From an uncultured Clostridia bacterium (GTDB taxonomy: Bacteria > Bacillota > Clostridia > TANB77 > CAG-508), in contig CALYAA010000001.1 of assembly GCA_944393385.1 (NCBI GenBank), positions 123,896-187,895 on the forward strand: a stretch of DNA of 64,000 nucleotides, written 5' to 3'. Shown here in pieces: positions 1-11,482 of the stretch (within the stretch, counting starts at the first letter, position 1; each line of letters starts with the position of its first letter). The notes under the pieces are model-generated. The model was given only the letters and a program-made list of their open reading frames with translations, was not told the DNA's origin and made no database searches. Made by a program: the position numbers and the translations under genes.

Positions 1-1
1 A

Positions 2-670
2 GAGGTAATGGCTGGTGGAACAAGAAAAGTTAAATTTACTTATAATGGAATTTTTAATGAGATTTTAGATAGAATAGGCTTAATGCCACTTCCACCATAT
101 ATACATGAAGATTTAAAACAAAATGATAGATATCAAACTGTTTATGCAAAATATGAAGGTTCTGCAGCTGCTCCAACTGCTGGATTACATTTTACAGAAG
201 AATTATTAAAAAGATTAGAAGAAAAAGGTGTTATTATAGCAAATGTTACATTACATGTTGGAATAGGAACTTTTAGACCAGTTAAAGTTGAAAATATAGA
301 AGAACATGAAATGCATTCTGAACACTTTTACATTAAGCAAGAAGATGTAGAAAAAATTAATAATGCAAAAAATAATGGGAAAAGAGTAATTGCAATAGGA
401 ACAACTTCATGTAGAGTACTTGAAACAATAAGTTCACTAGAAACAGGATTAGTAAGAGAAACAGAAGGAGATACTAGTATATTTATTTATCCTGGATATA
501 AATTTAAATGTATAGATGGATTAATTACTAATTTTCATTTACCAGAATCTACTTTATTAATGTTAGTTTCTGCATTAGCAGGTAGAGAATATATTATGAA
601 AGCATATCATGAAGCAGTAGAAAAAGAATATAGATTTTTTAGTTTTGGAGATGCAATGTTTATATATTAG
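2..670 (+). CDS. queA: S-adenosylmethionine:tRNA ribosyltransferase-isomerase QueA, C-terminal part (5' end lies left of the window)
   Basis: The reading frame is open to the window edge. The translation carries QueA-like motifs ([51 protein letters not shown]). It is followed by tgt. Confidence 0.85.
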   Translation, partial: EVMAGGTRKVKFTYNGIFNEILDRIGLMPLPPYIHEDLKQNDRYQTVYAKYEGSAAAPTAGLHFTEELLKRLEEKGVIIANVTLHVGIGTFRPVKVENIEEHEMHSEHFYIKQEDVEKINNAKNNGKRVIAIGTTSCRVLETISSLETGLVRETEGDTSIFIYPGYKFKCIDGLITNFHLPESTLLMLVSALAGREYIMKAYHEAVEKEYRFFSFGDAMFIY

Positions 671-717
671 CTAATCAGTTAAAACATGAAATTAATATTA
701 TAAAAAATAATAAATAA

Positions 718-1863
<1,146 letters not shown>

Positions 1864-1881
1864 AGAAGAGGAGGTTTTTGA

Positions 1882-3210
1882 ATGGAATTATATTTAGAAG
1901 AAGAAAAAAAAGAACAGCCAAAATCAAAATCTCCATTATTAATGGGGATAATAATTGCATTACTTGTAACTGTAGCAATAATTGTTATTGGTTTAATAAT
2001 TTATTTACAAAATGCATTATTTAAAGTAAGAGTAAATGGTGTCTCTAATACAGACTTAAAAAAACTAATTATAGTAGAGGAAGATGGCACTGAAACTAAA
2101 ATGTATTTTCCAATAAGAGAAGTAGCAACATATTTAGGATATAATGGATATACAGGAGATTTTAAAAGCAAATCTGAAGATAATAGTAAATGCTATATAG
2201 ATAATGGAGAAGAAATGGCAATGTTTACAGTTAATACAGATTCTTTAATAATTTCGTCTACTGCTACTAATTCAGTATATGAAGAATATACTTTAGAAGA
2301 GAATACTTTTGCAAGAGATGGAAAATTATATACAAATATAGATGGTTTAATAAAAGCATTCCATATTTCATTAAATTATACTCCAGAGAAAAATTTGTTA
2401 GAAATTTATACAACAGATTATTTAACAAATAATTATGCACAAAGTTTAAATCTTGGAAAAGTACCTAAATTATTTAGAGATAGACAAGCAATTTTAGAGG
2501 GAATGATTATTGTTGAAACAGAATCACCAAGAAAATATGGAGTAATGGATGTTGTTAATAAAAATTATGTTTTAGAACCAAAATATGATTCAATTTCTTA
2601 TATACCATATTCAACAGATTTTTTAGTACAAAGTGAAGGTAAATATGGAATTATGACAAAAGAGGGAAGGACTAAAATCAATATAGCTTATGACTCTATA
2701 ACATTAATGGATAATCAAATTGGATTATATTTAGTTAGGGAAGATAATTTATATGGAGTAATTAATGATGATGGAAAAAGTATTTTAAGGGCTAATTATC
2801 AACAGATAGGTGTTAGTAACACTACTTTTGCACAAAATTCTTTAGACAATCAATATATTTTAGTAGATAGTTTAATACCTGTTAAATACAATAATATGTG
2901 GGGATTTTTTGATACAACAGGAAAACAAATTACAGATTTTGAATTTACAGGTGTAGGATGTGCAGATACTTCTCTTGAGGCAAATACATATCCTGTAGTC
3001 GAAATAGCAAGTATAAGAGTAATTGTAGTTGAAAAAGATAGAATGTATAATTTAATTTATCCAAGTGGACAATTAGCTATTAATGGTGGATTTATGCTTA
3101 CATCAGTATATTTAACTTATGATGCTACAACAGGACAAAATACTTATTATATGACTTATGGAGGTAAGACAGCAAACATAGAAGAAACATTTAGATCTTG
3201 GGATGATTAA
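1882..3210 (+). CDS. Membrane-anchored protein with repeated WG/KWG-type beta-repeats (YGV.D..GK..I...Y..I)
   Basis: GGAGG RBS. One N-terminal TM helix. Recurrent motifs YGVMD, KYGIMTKEGR, LYGVINDDGK and MWGFFDTTGK resemble WG-repeat proteins. Confidence 0.55.
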   Translation: MELYLEEEKKEQPKSKSPLLMGIIIALLVTVAIIVIGLIIYLQNALFKVRVNGVSNTDLKKLIIVEEDGTETKMYFPIREVATYLGYNGYTGDFKSKSEDNSKCYIDNGEEMAMFTVNTDSLIISSTATNSVYEEYTLEENTFARDGKLYTNIDGLIKAFHISLNYTPEKNLLEIYTTDYLTNNYAQSLNLGKVPKLFRDRQAILEGMIIVETESPRKYGVMDVVNKNYVLEPKYDSISYIPYSTDFLVQSEGKYGIMTKEGRTKINIAYDSITLMDNQIGLYLVREDNLYGVINDDGKSILRANYQQIGVSNTTFAQNSLDNQYILVDSLIPVKYNNMWGFFDTTGKQITDFEFTGVGCADTSLEANTYPVVEIASIRVIVVEKDRMYNLIYPSGQLAINGGFMLTSVYLTYDATTGQNTYYMTYGGKTANIEETFRSWDD

Positions 3211-3261
3211 AAAAACAAAAGAAAGGAGTATATACTATTTATATAGTATTTGTAATTAAAT

Positions 3262-3519
3262 ATGGCAACAAAAAGTAGAAATACATGGTTTTTAATTGTA
3301 CTTGTATGTGCAGGATTAGTTATTGGAGGTTTAATTGGACAACTTGCTTCACAAATTAGTTGGTTAAACTGGCTTTCTTATGGACAGGAATTTGGTTTGG
3401 CAGAACCACTTACATTAGACTTAAGTGTTATTAAAATAACATTTGGATTTGTTGTTAATATAAATATGGCTAGTATAATTGGTATTGCAATAGCATTACT
3501 AATATATAGGTGGTTATAA
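3262..3519 (+). CDS. Small two-TM membrane protein, DUF4321-like
   Basis: 85 aa with hydrophobic N- and C-terminal helices. The overall pattern (GGLIGQL..W.....FGL.P..LDL.VI..TFG) recalls the DUF4321 family. Confidence 0.5.
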   Translation: MATKSRNTWFLIVLVCAGLVIGGLIGQLASQISWLNWLSYGQEFGLAEPLTLDLSVIKITFGFVVNINMASIIGIAIALLIYRWL

Positions 3520-3551
3520 TTAAATATTGATAAGTAAAAGGGGAAAAAGTA

Positions 3552-4610
3552 ATGAATGGTAAAGAAATATTAAAAAAAGGAAAACATAGTTCAAAGACAT
3601 TTGGAATACTTTATTTTATTTGTATAATTGTTATGATTGGAACATTTATTTTTAGTGCTTATAAAATTGATAAAGAAACACCTAATGCTACAGATTTCAC
3701 AGAAAATGGAGCAATAGGGTTAGAACCAGATAAATATGTTTATTTGCAAGTTGAAGGCTTGAGTGGTTTAATTGCAACTTATGGACCTAGTGATAGTGAA
3801 GCTTCAGATGAAAATGAAAAATATTATATTGCAATAAGTGATGGATATTGGTATATTGTAAATTTAGACAATGCTACATTAGATCAATTAAAAGACATTC
3901 AAAAATATACATTTGGAGAAATAGAAAATAAACCAGCACCAGTTACTATATATGGAATCACAGAAGAAGTACCACAAGAATTAAGACAAATTGCAGTTGA
4001 TATTTATAATGAAGGTCTTACAGATGAAGAAAAAATGAGTATAGACGAATTTGAACAATGCTATGGAAGTGTTTTGTTAAATGCAAGAAGAACTCCAGCA
4101 GATTTAACAGTAGAAACAATAATCATAGGTATTGCAATTATAGTATTTTTCATAACAATTATAGTAAATATTTGCGATAAAGTTATAAGAAGTAGAGTAT
4201 ATAAATATTTAAAGAAAAATGGTTATGAAGAAGATTTAGAAAAGCAATTAAATGATGATGTAGAAGAAAAATTCTATAATGACAAAGTAATTTTTACAAA
4301 AGATTATTTTGTAGATACTTATAAAGGAGATTTTTGTGCAGTCAAATATTCTGATATAAAATGGATTCATACACATATGGTAAAATATAATGGAATTATA
4401 ACTGTTTCAAATAATATTGTTTTACATTTAAAAGACGGAAAAACAAATTTTCAATGTCTAAAAATTAATGGTAAAATTAAAGACGAATTTGAAAATGTAT
4501 TTGGAAAACTTTGTGATAAAATACCTGCTGATTCTTTAAAAGGATATACTTCAGAAAATATAAGAGAGTTTAGAAATTTTAAAAAAGACTTAAAAAATAA
4601 TGTTTTATAA
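3552..4610 (+). CDS. Hypothetical two-TM membrane protein
   Basis: GGGGAAAAAG RBS. TM helices near residues 17-37 and 190-210. No family recognised. Confidence 0.5.
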   Translation: MNGKEILKKGKHSSKTFGILYFICIIVMIGTFIFSAYKIDKETPNATDFTENGAIGLEPDKYVYLQVEGLSGLIATYGPSDSEASDENEKYYIAISDGYWYIVNLDNATLDQLKDIQKYTFGEIENKPAPVTIYGITEEVPQELRQIAVDIYNEGLTDEEKMSIDEFEQCYGSVLLNARRTPADLTVETIIIGIAIIVFFITIIVNICDKVIRSRVYKYLKKNGYEEDLEKQLNDDVEEKFYNDKVIFTKDYFVDTYKGDFCAVKYSDIKWIHTHMVKYNGIITVSNNIVLHLKDGKTNFQCLKINGKIKDEFENVFGKLCDKIPADSLKGYTSENIREFRNFKKDLKNNVL

Positions 4611-4736
4611 TAATTATTTATAGATTAAAATTTGCATATTAAATTTATAAAATGTCTTGTTTTATTATTGACAAATATTACTGATTTTGATATCATTCTA
4701 TAGTAATAGGAAATATATCATATGGGAGGAATACTA

Positions 4737-5165
4737 ATGCTAAAATTAATTAAAAACTCAAAATGCTTATTTATAATTGGAATAATAATTATTTTATTTT
4801 CATTTTGCTCATATTCTTATGCTGCAAATGTAAATATGAATTTAAATACAAGCAGTACAACAACTTCATCTAACAATAGAACAAGTGCTACAAATGATGG
4901 TGATTCTTCAGATGAAGAAGATTCTAATTCATCAAATAATTCATCAAGTACTGGAAGTTCCTCAAACAATAATTCAAATTCATCAAATAACTCAAGTTCA
5001 GGAAACTCATCAAACAGTAACTCAAACACATCTCAATTTACTACAGCTGTTAGTACATCAAGCTTTGATTTACAATTAACAAATATATTAAGTATTTGTC
5101 TTATTGTTGTAGGGGTATTATTAATATTATTAGGAATTGCTATCTTAATTAGGTTAAAAAGTTAA
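4737..5165 (+). CDS. Secreted or C-terminally anchored Ser/Asn-rich low-complexity protein
   Basis: GGGAGG RBS 7 nt before the ATG at 4737. Signal-like N-terminus, about 70 residues of S/N/D/E low complexity, then a C-terminal TM helix. Confidence 0.5.
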   Translation: MLKLIKNSKCLFIIGIIIILFSFCSYSYAANVNMNLNTSSTTTSSNNRTSATNDGDSSDEEDSNSSNNSSSTGSSSNNNSNSSNNSSSGNSSNSNSNTSQFTTAVSTSSFDLQLTNILSICLIVVGVLLILLGIAILIRLKS

Positions 5166-5228
5166 GGCAATTTAGTGCCGGTTCTATTTTTACCTTTGGG
5201 TAAATTGGTGCCGGTTCTTTTTTTCCTT
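5166..5228 (+). repeat. Post-stop repeat module, tandem pair (AATTTAGTGCCGGTTCTATTTTT ... AAATTGGTGCCGGTTCTTTTTTT)
   Basis: Two direct copies of the GTGCCGGTTCT + T-run motif (5169-5191 and 5202-5224) sit immediately after the stop at 5163-5165. The same motif recurs at 7 other loci. Confidence 0.8.
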
Positions 5229-5321
5229 TTTTTCTTGAATTTTATATACAAATAGTTATAATTATGATAAAATTATTTTATGAAGATATAGATTAATTTT
5301 ATTAAGAAAGGAAAATTGAAT

Positions 5322-6008
5322 ATGAAAAAAATTGGAAATGTATTATGGGGAGTAGTATTAATTATTGTTGGATTGATACTAGGATTAAATGCATTAGATA
5401 TTACACACATAAATATATTTTTTGATGGATGGTGGACTTTATTTATCATAGTTCCATGTTTCATAGGTCTTTTTAATGAAAAAGACAAAACAGGAAATAT
5501 TATAGGATTACTTATAGGAGTTGTATTACTATTATGTGCACAAAATTTATTGAGATTTGATATTGTATGGAAATTAGCTGTACCAACAATCTTAGTTATT
5601 ATTGGTGTTTCAATTATATTTAAAAATAGTTTAAACAGTAAATTTAATAATGAAATAGAAAAAATAAGTCAAAATGCTAATAAAGATAATGAATATTGTT
5701 CTACATTTTCTAGTCAAGATGTAAGTTTTGAGAATCAAGAGTTTAAAGGAGCAAATTTAACAGCAGTATTTGGTGGGGTAAAATGTGATTTAAGAAAAGC
5801 AATAATTAATGAAGATCAAGTTATAAATTGTTCTGCTATTTTTGGAAGTGTAGAAATAATTCCATCTGAAGAAATTAATATAAAAGTAAAATCAAACTCT
5901 ATTTTTGGAGGAGTTTCTAATGAAAGAAAAAATAAAGAAATGAATAAAGATTTAAAAACAGTTTATATTAATGCAATGTGTTTATTTGGAGGTGTTAGTA
6001 TAAAATGA
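5322..6008 (+). CDS. LiaF-like cell-wall-active antibiotic response protein (membrane N-terminus plus DUF2154-like C-terminal domain)
   Basis: Four predicted TM helices are followed by the repetitive FGGV..D/IFGSVEI/IFGGVSN beta-strand motif typical of the LiaF C-terminal domain. An alternative TTG start lies at 5316. Confidence 0.6.
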   Translation: MKKIGNVLWGVVLIIVGLILGLNALDITHINIFFDGWWTLFIIVPCFIGLFNEKDKTGNIIGLLIGVVLLLCAQNLLRFDIVWKLAVPTILVIIGVSIIFKNSLNSKFNNEIEKISQNANKDNEYCSTFSSQDVSFENQEFKGANLTAVFGGVKCDLRKAIINEDQVINCSAIFGSVEIIPSEEINIKVKSNSIFGGVSNERKNKEMNKDLKTVYINAMCLFGGVSIK

Positions 6009-6883
6009 CATTTTGGCAAAAAGTAATAAAATATTTAGCTATAGCTTTTGCGATATTTTTAATTGTAAATATAATAGGAGTAATATTATCTATAATAGGT
6101 GTAATAGGTGGAATTGCATTTTTTTCAAATACAATAACTGATGTAAGAGAAGAAATAATACAAGACCAACCAAATTACTCAGAGTCACCTCAGGTTATAA
6201 CAGATAATATTCAAATAGAAAACATTACAAAATTTGAAATAGATGTAAAATATTCGACTTTAGAAATAAAAAATGATGATACTTTTAAAGTTGAAAGTAA
6301 TGATAAAAATGTAACTTGTACCCAAAGAGGTAATGAGTTGATTATTAAAGAAACAGGCAATAATTGGCTAAATAAAAAAGAAGGTAATACAATTATAATT
6401 TATATTCCAGAAAATAAAGAATTTAATGAAATAGATTTTGATGCAGGTGCAGGAGATATAAGCATTGAAACTTTAACTACAAAAGACTTTTCTTTTAGTA
6501 TTGGAGCAGGAAAAGTTGAAATAAATAAATTAAATATTTCTAATGAAGCAGAAATTGATGGTGGAGCAGGAAAGGTAGATATATTATCTGGAGAAATACG
6601 TAATTTAGATTTAGATATGGGAATTGGAGAATTTAACTTAAATACAAAATTATTAGGAAATAATAATATTGAACAAGGAATGGGAAAATTAACAATAAGA
6701 TTAACTGATAATATGCAAAATTACACAATTAAAACAGTTAAAGGAATGGGCTCAATTACAATAGATGGTGAAGAAGCTCAAAATAATGCAACATATGGAA
6801 ATGGTCAAAATATAGTAAATATAGAAGGCGGAATGGGTGCAATTGAAATAGTTACAAATACAGAATTGAACCAGCAAATTTAG
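6005..6883 (+). CDS. DUF4097-like (putative adhesin / beta-helix) protein with an N-terminal TM anchor
   Basis: 4-nt overlap (ATGA) with the preceding gene. Repeated G.G.(I/V) motifs (GAGDISIE, GAGKVEI, GAGKVDI, GIGEFNL, GMGKLTI, GMGSITI, GMGAIEI). Confidence 0.55.
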   Translation: MTFWQKVIKYLAIAFAIFLIVNIIGVILSIIGVIGGIAFFSNTITDVREEIIQDQPNYSESPQVITDNIQIENITKFEIDVKYSTLEIKNDDTFKVESNDKNVTCTQRGNELIIKETGNNWLNKKEGNTIIIYIPENKEFNEIDFDAGAGDISIETLTTKDFSFSIGAGKVEINKLNISNEAEIDGGAGKVDILSGEIRNLDLDMGIGEFNLNTKLLGNNNIEQGMGKLTIRLTDNMQNYTIKTVKGMGSITIDGEEAQNNATYGNGQNIVNIEGGMGAIEIVTNTELNQQI

Positions 6884-6910
6884 ATTAGAGCATATTTACT
6901 GTTGCTTTAT

Positions 6911-6975
6911 AAATTAGTGCCGATCCATTTTGGACCAAATTTGTTTTTAGGTCATTTTGGGTCGGTCTATTTTTT
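6911..6975 (+). repeat. Degenerate copy pair of the post-stop GTGCCGNTYC repeat module
   Basis: AAATTAGTGCCGATCCATTTT and CATTTTGGGTCGGTCTATTTTTT lie downstream of the stop at 6881-6883. Confidence 0.55.
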
Positions 6976-7090
6976 ACATTTTTTAGATTAATGCCCTTTT
7001 ACAAAATTATTATTGAATATCTACAATCTACTATTATTAAAAAATTGATGTTAGCAAAAGAATTTTATAAGAAAAAAAGGAGATTAGACA

Positions 7091-8230
7091 ATGAAAATTT
7101 TACACTTAGCAGATTTGCATTTAGGAAAAGTTATTCAAGAACAGTCTTTATTAGAAGACCAAAAATATATGTTAAATGAAATTATAAAAAAACTTCAAGA
7201 GGAAAATGTAGAAACAATATTAATTTCTGGAGATGTCTATGATAGAAGTATTCCACAAACAGATGCAATAGATTTATTAGATTATTTTTTAAATATATTA
7301 ATAAAAGATTTAAAAAAACAAGTTTTTATAATATCAGGTAATCATGATTCAAAAGAAAGACTTGGATTTGGAAATAAAATATTTGAAAATGATGGATTAT
7401 TTATTTCAAGCAAATATGAAGGAAAAATAAAAAAAGTAGAATTACAAGATGAATATGGAAAACTCAATATTTATATGTTACCATTTATAAAACCAATTGA
7501 AGTAAAAAAATATTTTAATGATGAAAGTTTAAGTTATGATGAAACAATAAAAAAAATAATAGAAAAAGAAGATATTGATGAATCACAAAGAAACATTATT
7601 TTAACACATCAATTTGTAACAGCTATAGGTGAAGAAGTAGAAAGAACAGAATCAGAAGTATTAACATTAGGAGGAACAGATAATGTAGATATATCTAATT
7701 ACAACAAATTTGATTATGTAGCAATAGGACATGTACATAGACCACAAAGAATAGGTAGAGATACAGCAAGATATGCAGGAACAATGCTTAAATATTCATT
7801 TTCAGAAGTAAATCATAAAAAAACAATGCCAATTATAGATTTTAAAGAAAAAGGAAATATAGACATAAAATTAGTAGAATTAAAACCATTAAGAGATATG
7901 AGAGAAATTAAAGGTCCAATTGAAAAATTAATAGAAAATTATGAAGAAGAAAATGGAAAAGATTATATTAGAGCAATTATAACAAATGAAGAACCAGTAT
8001 ATGATGCAATAGGACAATTAAGAAGAATATATCCAAATGTATTAAAATTAGAAGTTCAAAATTCTAAAATATTGTCAAATATAGAATTTAAAACAGAAAA
8101 CTTACAAAAAGTAAAAAGCAAAAGTGAAGTAGAATTATTTAATGAATTTTATAAATTTCAAAATAATATTGAACTAAATGAAGAACAAATAAATTTAATT
8201 CAAGAAATTGTTAAAGAAATAAAAGAATAG
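7091..8230 (+). CDS. sbcD: Exonuclease SbcCD, nuclease subunit D
   Basis: Calcineurin-like phosphoesterase motifs MKILHLADLHLG, SGDVYD, GNHDS and GHVH. Followed by sbcC. Confidence 0.9.
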   Translation: MKILHLADLHLGKVIQEQSLLEDQKYMLNEIIKKLQEENVETILISGDVYDRSIPQTDAIDLLDYFLNILIKDLKKQVFIISGNHDSKERLGFGNKIFENDGLFISSKYEGKIKKVELQDEYGKLNIYMLPFIKPIEVKKYFNDESLSYDETIKKIIEKEDIDESQRNIILTHQFVTAIGEEVERTESEVLTLGGTDNVDISNYNKFDYVAIGHVHRPQRIGRDTARYAGTMLKYSFSEVNHKKTMPIIDFKEKGNIDIKLVELKPLRDMREIKGPIEKLIENYEEENGKDYIRAIITNEEPVYDAIGQLRRIYPNVLKLEVQNSKILSNIEFKTENLQKVKSKSEVELFNEFYKFQNNIELNEEQINLIQEIVKEIKE

Positions 8231-8247
8231 TTAAGAAAGGACAAAAA

Positions 8248-10929
8248 ATGAAACCATTAAACTTAAAAATAAGTGCTTTTGGACCATATAAAAATGAGAT
8301 TGAGATAGATTTTAAGAAACTTGGAAATAGTGGAATATTTTTAATCACAGGAGATACAGGAGCAGGAAAGACTACAATATTTGATGCAATATCTTATGCT
8401 TTATTTGGAGAAGTAAGTGGATCAAATAGACAAATTTTATCACTTAGAAGTGATTTTGCAATTGACGAAACAGAAACATTTGTAGAACTAGAATTTAATC
8501 ACAAAAATAAAATATATAAAATAAGAAGAAATCCTCCATATGAAAAAGCAAAAAAAAGAGGAGAAGGAACAACCAAGAAAACAGCAGAAGCATCTTTAGA
8601 ATTTGATGATACAATTATATCTGGAACCAAAAATGTAGACTCAAAAATAGAAGAAATATTAGGAATAAATGCAAAACAATTCAAACAAATAGCAATGCTT
8701 GCACAAGGAGAATTTTTAAAAATATTATTTGCAGAAAGTAAAGATAGAACAGAAATTTTTAGAAGAATATTTGATACAGACATATATAATCAAATATCAA
8801 AAAAATTAGTTGAAAAAACAAAAATTACAAGAGCTGAACTTGAGCATTTAAAAAGTTTTTTTACAATAAATGCTTCAAATATTATTTGGAATGATGAATC
8901 ATTAAAAGAACCAATAAAAGAAGTAAATGAATTAATTATAGATGAAACATTAGATAAATTGCAAAATGAAGTCCAAAAAAACAAAAAAGAATATAATAGA
9001 AGTGATAAAGAGATAAAAGAACAAGAAAAGCAAATATCTAAGTTAGAAGAAGAAATAAGAATACAAGATGATAAAAACAAACAAATAGATTTACATAATG
9101 AACTTTTAGCACAAAAAAGAGAGCTTGAAGAAAAGAAAGATGAAATTAAAGAAAAAGAAAATTTAATACTAAAAATTCAAAATATAATTAATAAAGTTTT
9201 ACCTATAGAAAAAAGAGTAAAAGAAATAAAAAATGAAATTTTACAAAAACAAGAATTATTAAAAAGCTTAGAACAAAATATAATTAAGGGAGAAGAAGAA
9301 GAAAAGACATCAAAAAATACAATAGAAATTTTAGATAAGATAAAAATTATACTACAAAAATATAATGAGCTTTTAAGCCAAAAAGTAGAATATGAAAATA
9401 ATATAAAAAAAGTAAATGAAGTTTTTAAACAAATAGAAAATAAAAAACATTTAGAAGAAAATTGTAAAAAGTCAGAAGCGGATTGGGAAAATATCAAAAA
9501 GTATTTGTCAGAAAAAGAAATAGAATTTTTTAGAGAACAAGCAGGAATATTAGCAGAAAATTTAAAAGAAAATGAGCCATGTCCTGTATGTGGAAGTACT
9601 CACCATCCAAATCTAGCACAAAAAACTGAAAGTGTACTTTCAAAAGAAAAATTAGATGAATTAAGAAAAATAGAAGAAACAAGTCATAATGTCCTTACAG
9701 ATGCAATAAATAAAGTTACAGAAGTTAATAGTAAAATTAACATACTGAAAAGCGATTTTGAAAAAGATATTGAAATTGAAGCTTATCAAAAAGAATTAAA
9801 AGAAAAATTTGATAAAAATGAAAAAGATATTAGTGAAAAATATTTAGAAATAAATAATTACTATAAACAAATAACTGGGAAAAATATTAAAATTGATGAA
9901 TTTGATTATGATAAATTTAAAGATGATGTTACAAATAAAATTGCTAATAAAAGAGAACAATTATTAAAAAACAAAACACTATTAGAAGAAAATCAAAAAT
10001 ATTTAGTAGAACTAGAAAATAAGCAGATTGCTGAAAATAAACAATATGAAGAAGCACTTAAAAATTTAGGCTTTGAAAATGAAAAAGAATATAAGAAAAC
10101 AGTATTTAATGAAAAACAATTAGAAACATTAAAAAAAGAAATTGATGAATATAAAAAAATAGTAACAATTAATAATACTAAATTAGAAGAAATAGAAAAA
10201 GTTATAAAAGATTATACAAAAATAGATTTAACAGAATCAAAAAAATCACTTGATGAAAACAAAGAAAAATTAGATAAATCAAGAAAGGTTTTAATGGAAC
10301 AAAACAAAATATTTGGAAATAATGAAAGAATTTTAAAAGAATTATTGCAAAACTCATCAAAATTAAAATCAAAAATCAAAGAATTTATAATGATAGAAGA
10401 TTTATCTAAAACAGCCAGTGGAACAATTTCTGGAAAAAGAAGAATTGAGTTTGAACAATTTGTACAAGCTTCATATTTTGAATTAGTTATTGCTGAAGCA
10501 AATAAAAGATTGTTAAAAATGACAGATAATAGATTTGTTTTGGTTAGAAAGGAAAGTTCTGATAAGGTTTCAGACAAGATTGGACTAGAATTGGAAGTAA
10601 TAGATAATTATAGTGGCAAAAAAAGAGATGTAAAATCATTATCAGGAGGAGAATCATTTAAAGCTGCACTTTCTTTAGCTCTTGGCCTTTCAGATGTAAT
10701 TCAAAGTTATTCAGGTGGAATTGTGGTAGATACAATGTTTATTGATGAAGGCTTTGGCTCTTTGGATGATGAGTCAAGAGAACAGGCAATAAATACTTTA
10801 AATCAATTGACAGATAATAATAAATTGATTGGTATAATAAGTCATGTTACAGAATTAAAAGAACGTATTGATAAGAAAATTATTATTACAAAATCTCAAG
10901 AGGGTAGTAATATAAATATTGAATTATAA
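8248..10929 (+). CDS. sbcC: Exonuclease SbcCD, ATPase subunit C (SMC-like, zinc hook)
   Basis: Walker A GDTGAGKTT, long K/E-rich coiled coil, zinc hook CPVCGS, signature LSGGESF, and Walker B/D-loop FIDEGFGSLD. Confidence 0.9.
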   Translation: MKPLNLKISAFGPYKNEIEIDFKKLGNSGIFLITGDTGAGKTTIFDAISYALFGEVSGSNRQILSLRSDFAIDETETFVELEFNHKNKIYKIRRNPPYEKAKKRGEGTTKKTAEASLEFDDTIISGTKNVDSKIEEILGINAKQFKQIAMLAQGEFLKILFAESKDRTEIFRRIFDTDIYNQISKKLVEKTKITRAELEHLKSFFTINASNIIWNDESLKEPIKEVNELIIDETLDKLQNEVQKNKKEYNRSDKEIKEQEKQISKLEEEIRIQDDKNKQIDLHNELLAQKRELEEKKDEIKEKENLILKIQNIINKVLPIEKRVKEIKNEILQKQELLKSLEQNIIKGEEEEKTSKNTIEILDKIKIILQKYNELLSQKVEYENNIKKVNEVFKQIENKKHLEENCKKSEADWENIKKYLSEKEIEFFREQAGILAENLKENEPCPVCGSTHHPNLAQKTESVLSKEKLDELRKIEETSHNVLTDAINKVTEVNSKINILKSDFEKDIEIEAYQKELKEKFDKNEKDISEKYLEINNYYKQITGKNIKIDEFDYDKFKDDVTNKIANKREQLLKNKTLLEENQKYLVELENKQIAENKQYEEALKNLGFENEKEYKKTVFNEKQLETLKKEIDEYKKIVTINNTKLEEIEKVIKDYTKIDLTESKKSLDENKEKLDKSRKVLMEQNKIFGNNERILKELLQNSSKLKSKIKEFIMIEDLSKTASGTISGKRRIEFEQFVQASYFELVIAEANKRLLKMTDNRFVLVRKESSDKVSDKIGLELEVIDNYSGKKRDVKSLSGGESFKAALSLALGLSDVIQSYSGGIVVDTMFIDEGFGSLDDESREQAINTLNQLTDNNKLIGIISHVTELKERIDKKIIITKSQEGSNINIEL

Positions 10930-10934
10930 ATAAA

Positions 10935-10990
10935 AAATGAATGAGCTTTAGAAAAATTAAGAAAAAATTCTAAAACTCATTCATTTTTTT
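10935..10990. terminator. Bidirectional hairpin terminator between convergent sbcC and the minus-strand ORF
   Basis: A perfect 11-bp outer stem (AAATGAATGAG / CTCATTCATTT) plus an inner stem. It is flanked by an A-run and a T-run. Confidence 0.7.
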
Positions 10991-10994
10991 AATT

Positions 10995-11321
10995 TTAAGA
11001 GATTCTGATATGTCTTATAAAAGATAGAGCCTCTCTCCAAATGTTTTCACATTCAATGTCAATATCCCAAGCTTTGCAGTACATTTTAATTTTGTTATAA
11101 GGTTCAACTGCCTTAATTTGATAATTTCCGTTATTTGCAGGTTTAATAAAAATATTATTTTGATAATCATAATAGTACCAATTTCCATTTCTGAAAATAA
11201 CGAAAATTTCATCCTTTTTTTCTACTACCACTTTTGTGATATGGTTTTCTTTTAGAGTTATTTTAGTACGTTTTCCATCTCTTAAAATGTCAAAAATCCG
11301 TCTTTCTCTAACATTTTGCAT
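10995..11321 (-). CDS. Hypothetical 108-aa protein (orphan). Contains the only in-frame CGG codon in the window that does not coincide with a frame break
   Basis: GAGGAGG RBS upstream of the ATG at 11321. No family recognised. Codon 8 is CGG (11300-11298). Confidence 0.45.
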   Translation of the reverse strand: MQNVRERRIFDILRDGKRTKITLKENHITKVVVEKKDEIFVIFRNGNWYYYDYQNNIFIKPANNGNYQIKAVEPYNKIKMYCKAWDIDIECENIWREALSFIRHIRIS

Positions 11322-11442
11322 AAAATTACCTCCTCACAATTGTTTAAAGGTTAAAAAAACTTACATTATATTATATTCAGGGTTGTACAAGATTATGATT
11401 ATAATTTTTAATTTTAGGTCATGCACTTTTATTTTTTTGCAA

Positions 11443-11450
11443 CATATAAT
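11443..11450 (+). promoter_or_regulatory. Candidate mother-cell type -10 element (CATATAAT, compare the sigmaE/sigmaK CATA-type -10) upstream of sigK
   Basis: The sequence resembles the CATACA-T / CATA---TA -10 motifs. No convincing -35 was identified. Confidence 0.25.
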
Positions 11451-11482
11451 TTGTTGTATGAGAAAATAAAAAGGAGGTCTTT

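Noticed and set aside
6991-7179. A 62-aa ORF overlapping the sbcD start. Also 11236-11469 and 11481-11744, around sigK.
   Set aside because: They have no RBS and show low-complexity translations. They overlap better-supported genes or promoters.
8499-10577. Several 94-121-aa minus-strand ORFs inside sbcC (8499-8783, 8790-9080, 9177-9497, 10212-10577).
   Set aside because: They lie antisense to a well-supported coiled-coil gene. Their translations are low-complexity F/S/L/I strings, as expected from the reverse complement of K/E-rich codons. None has an RBS.
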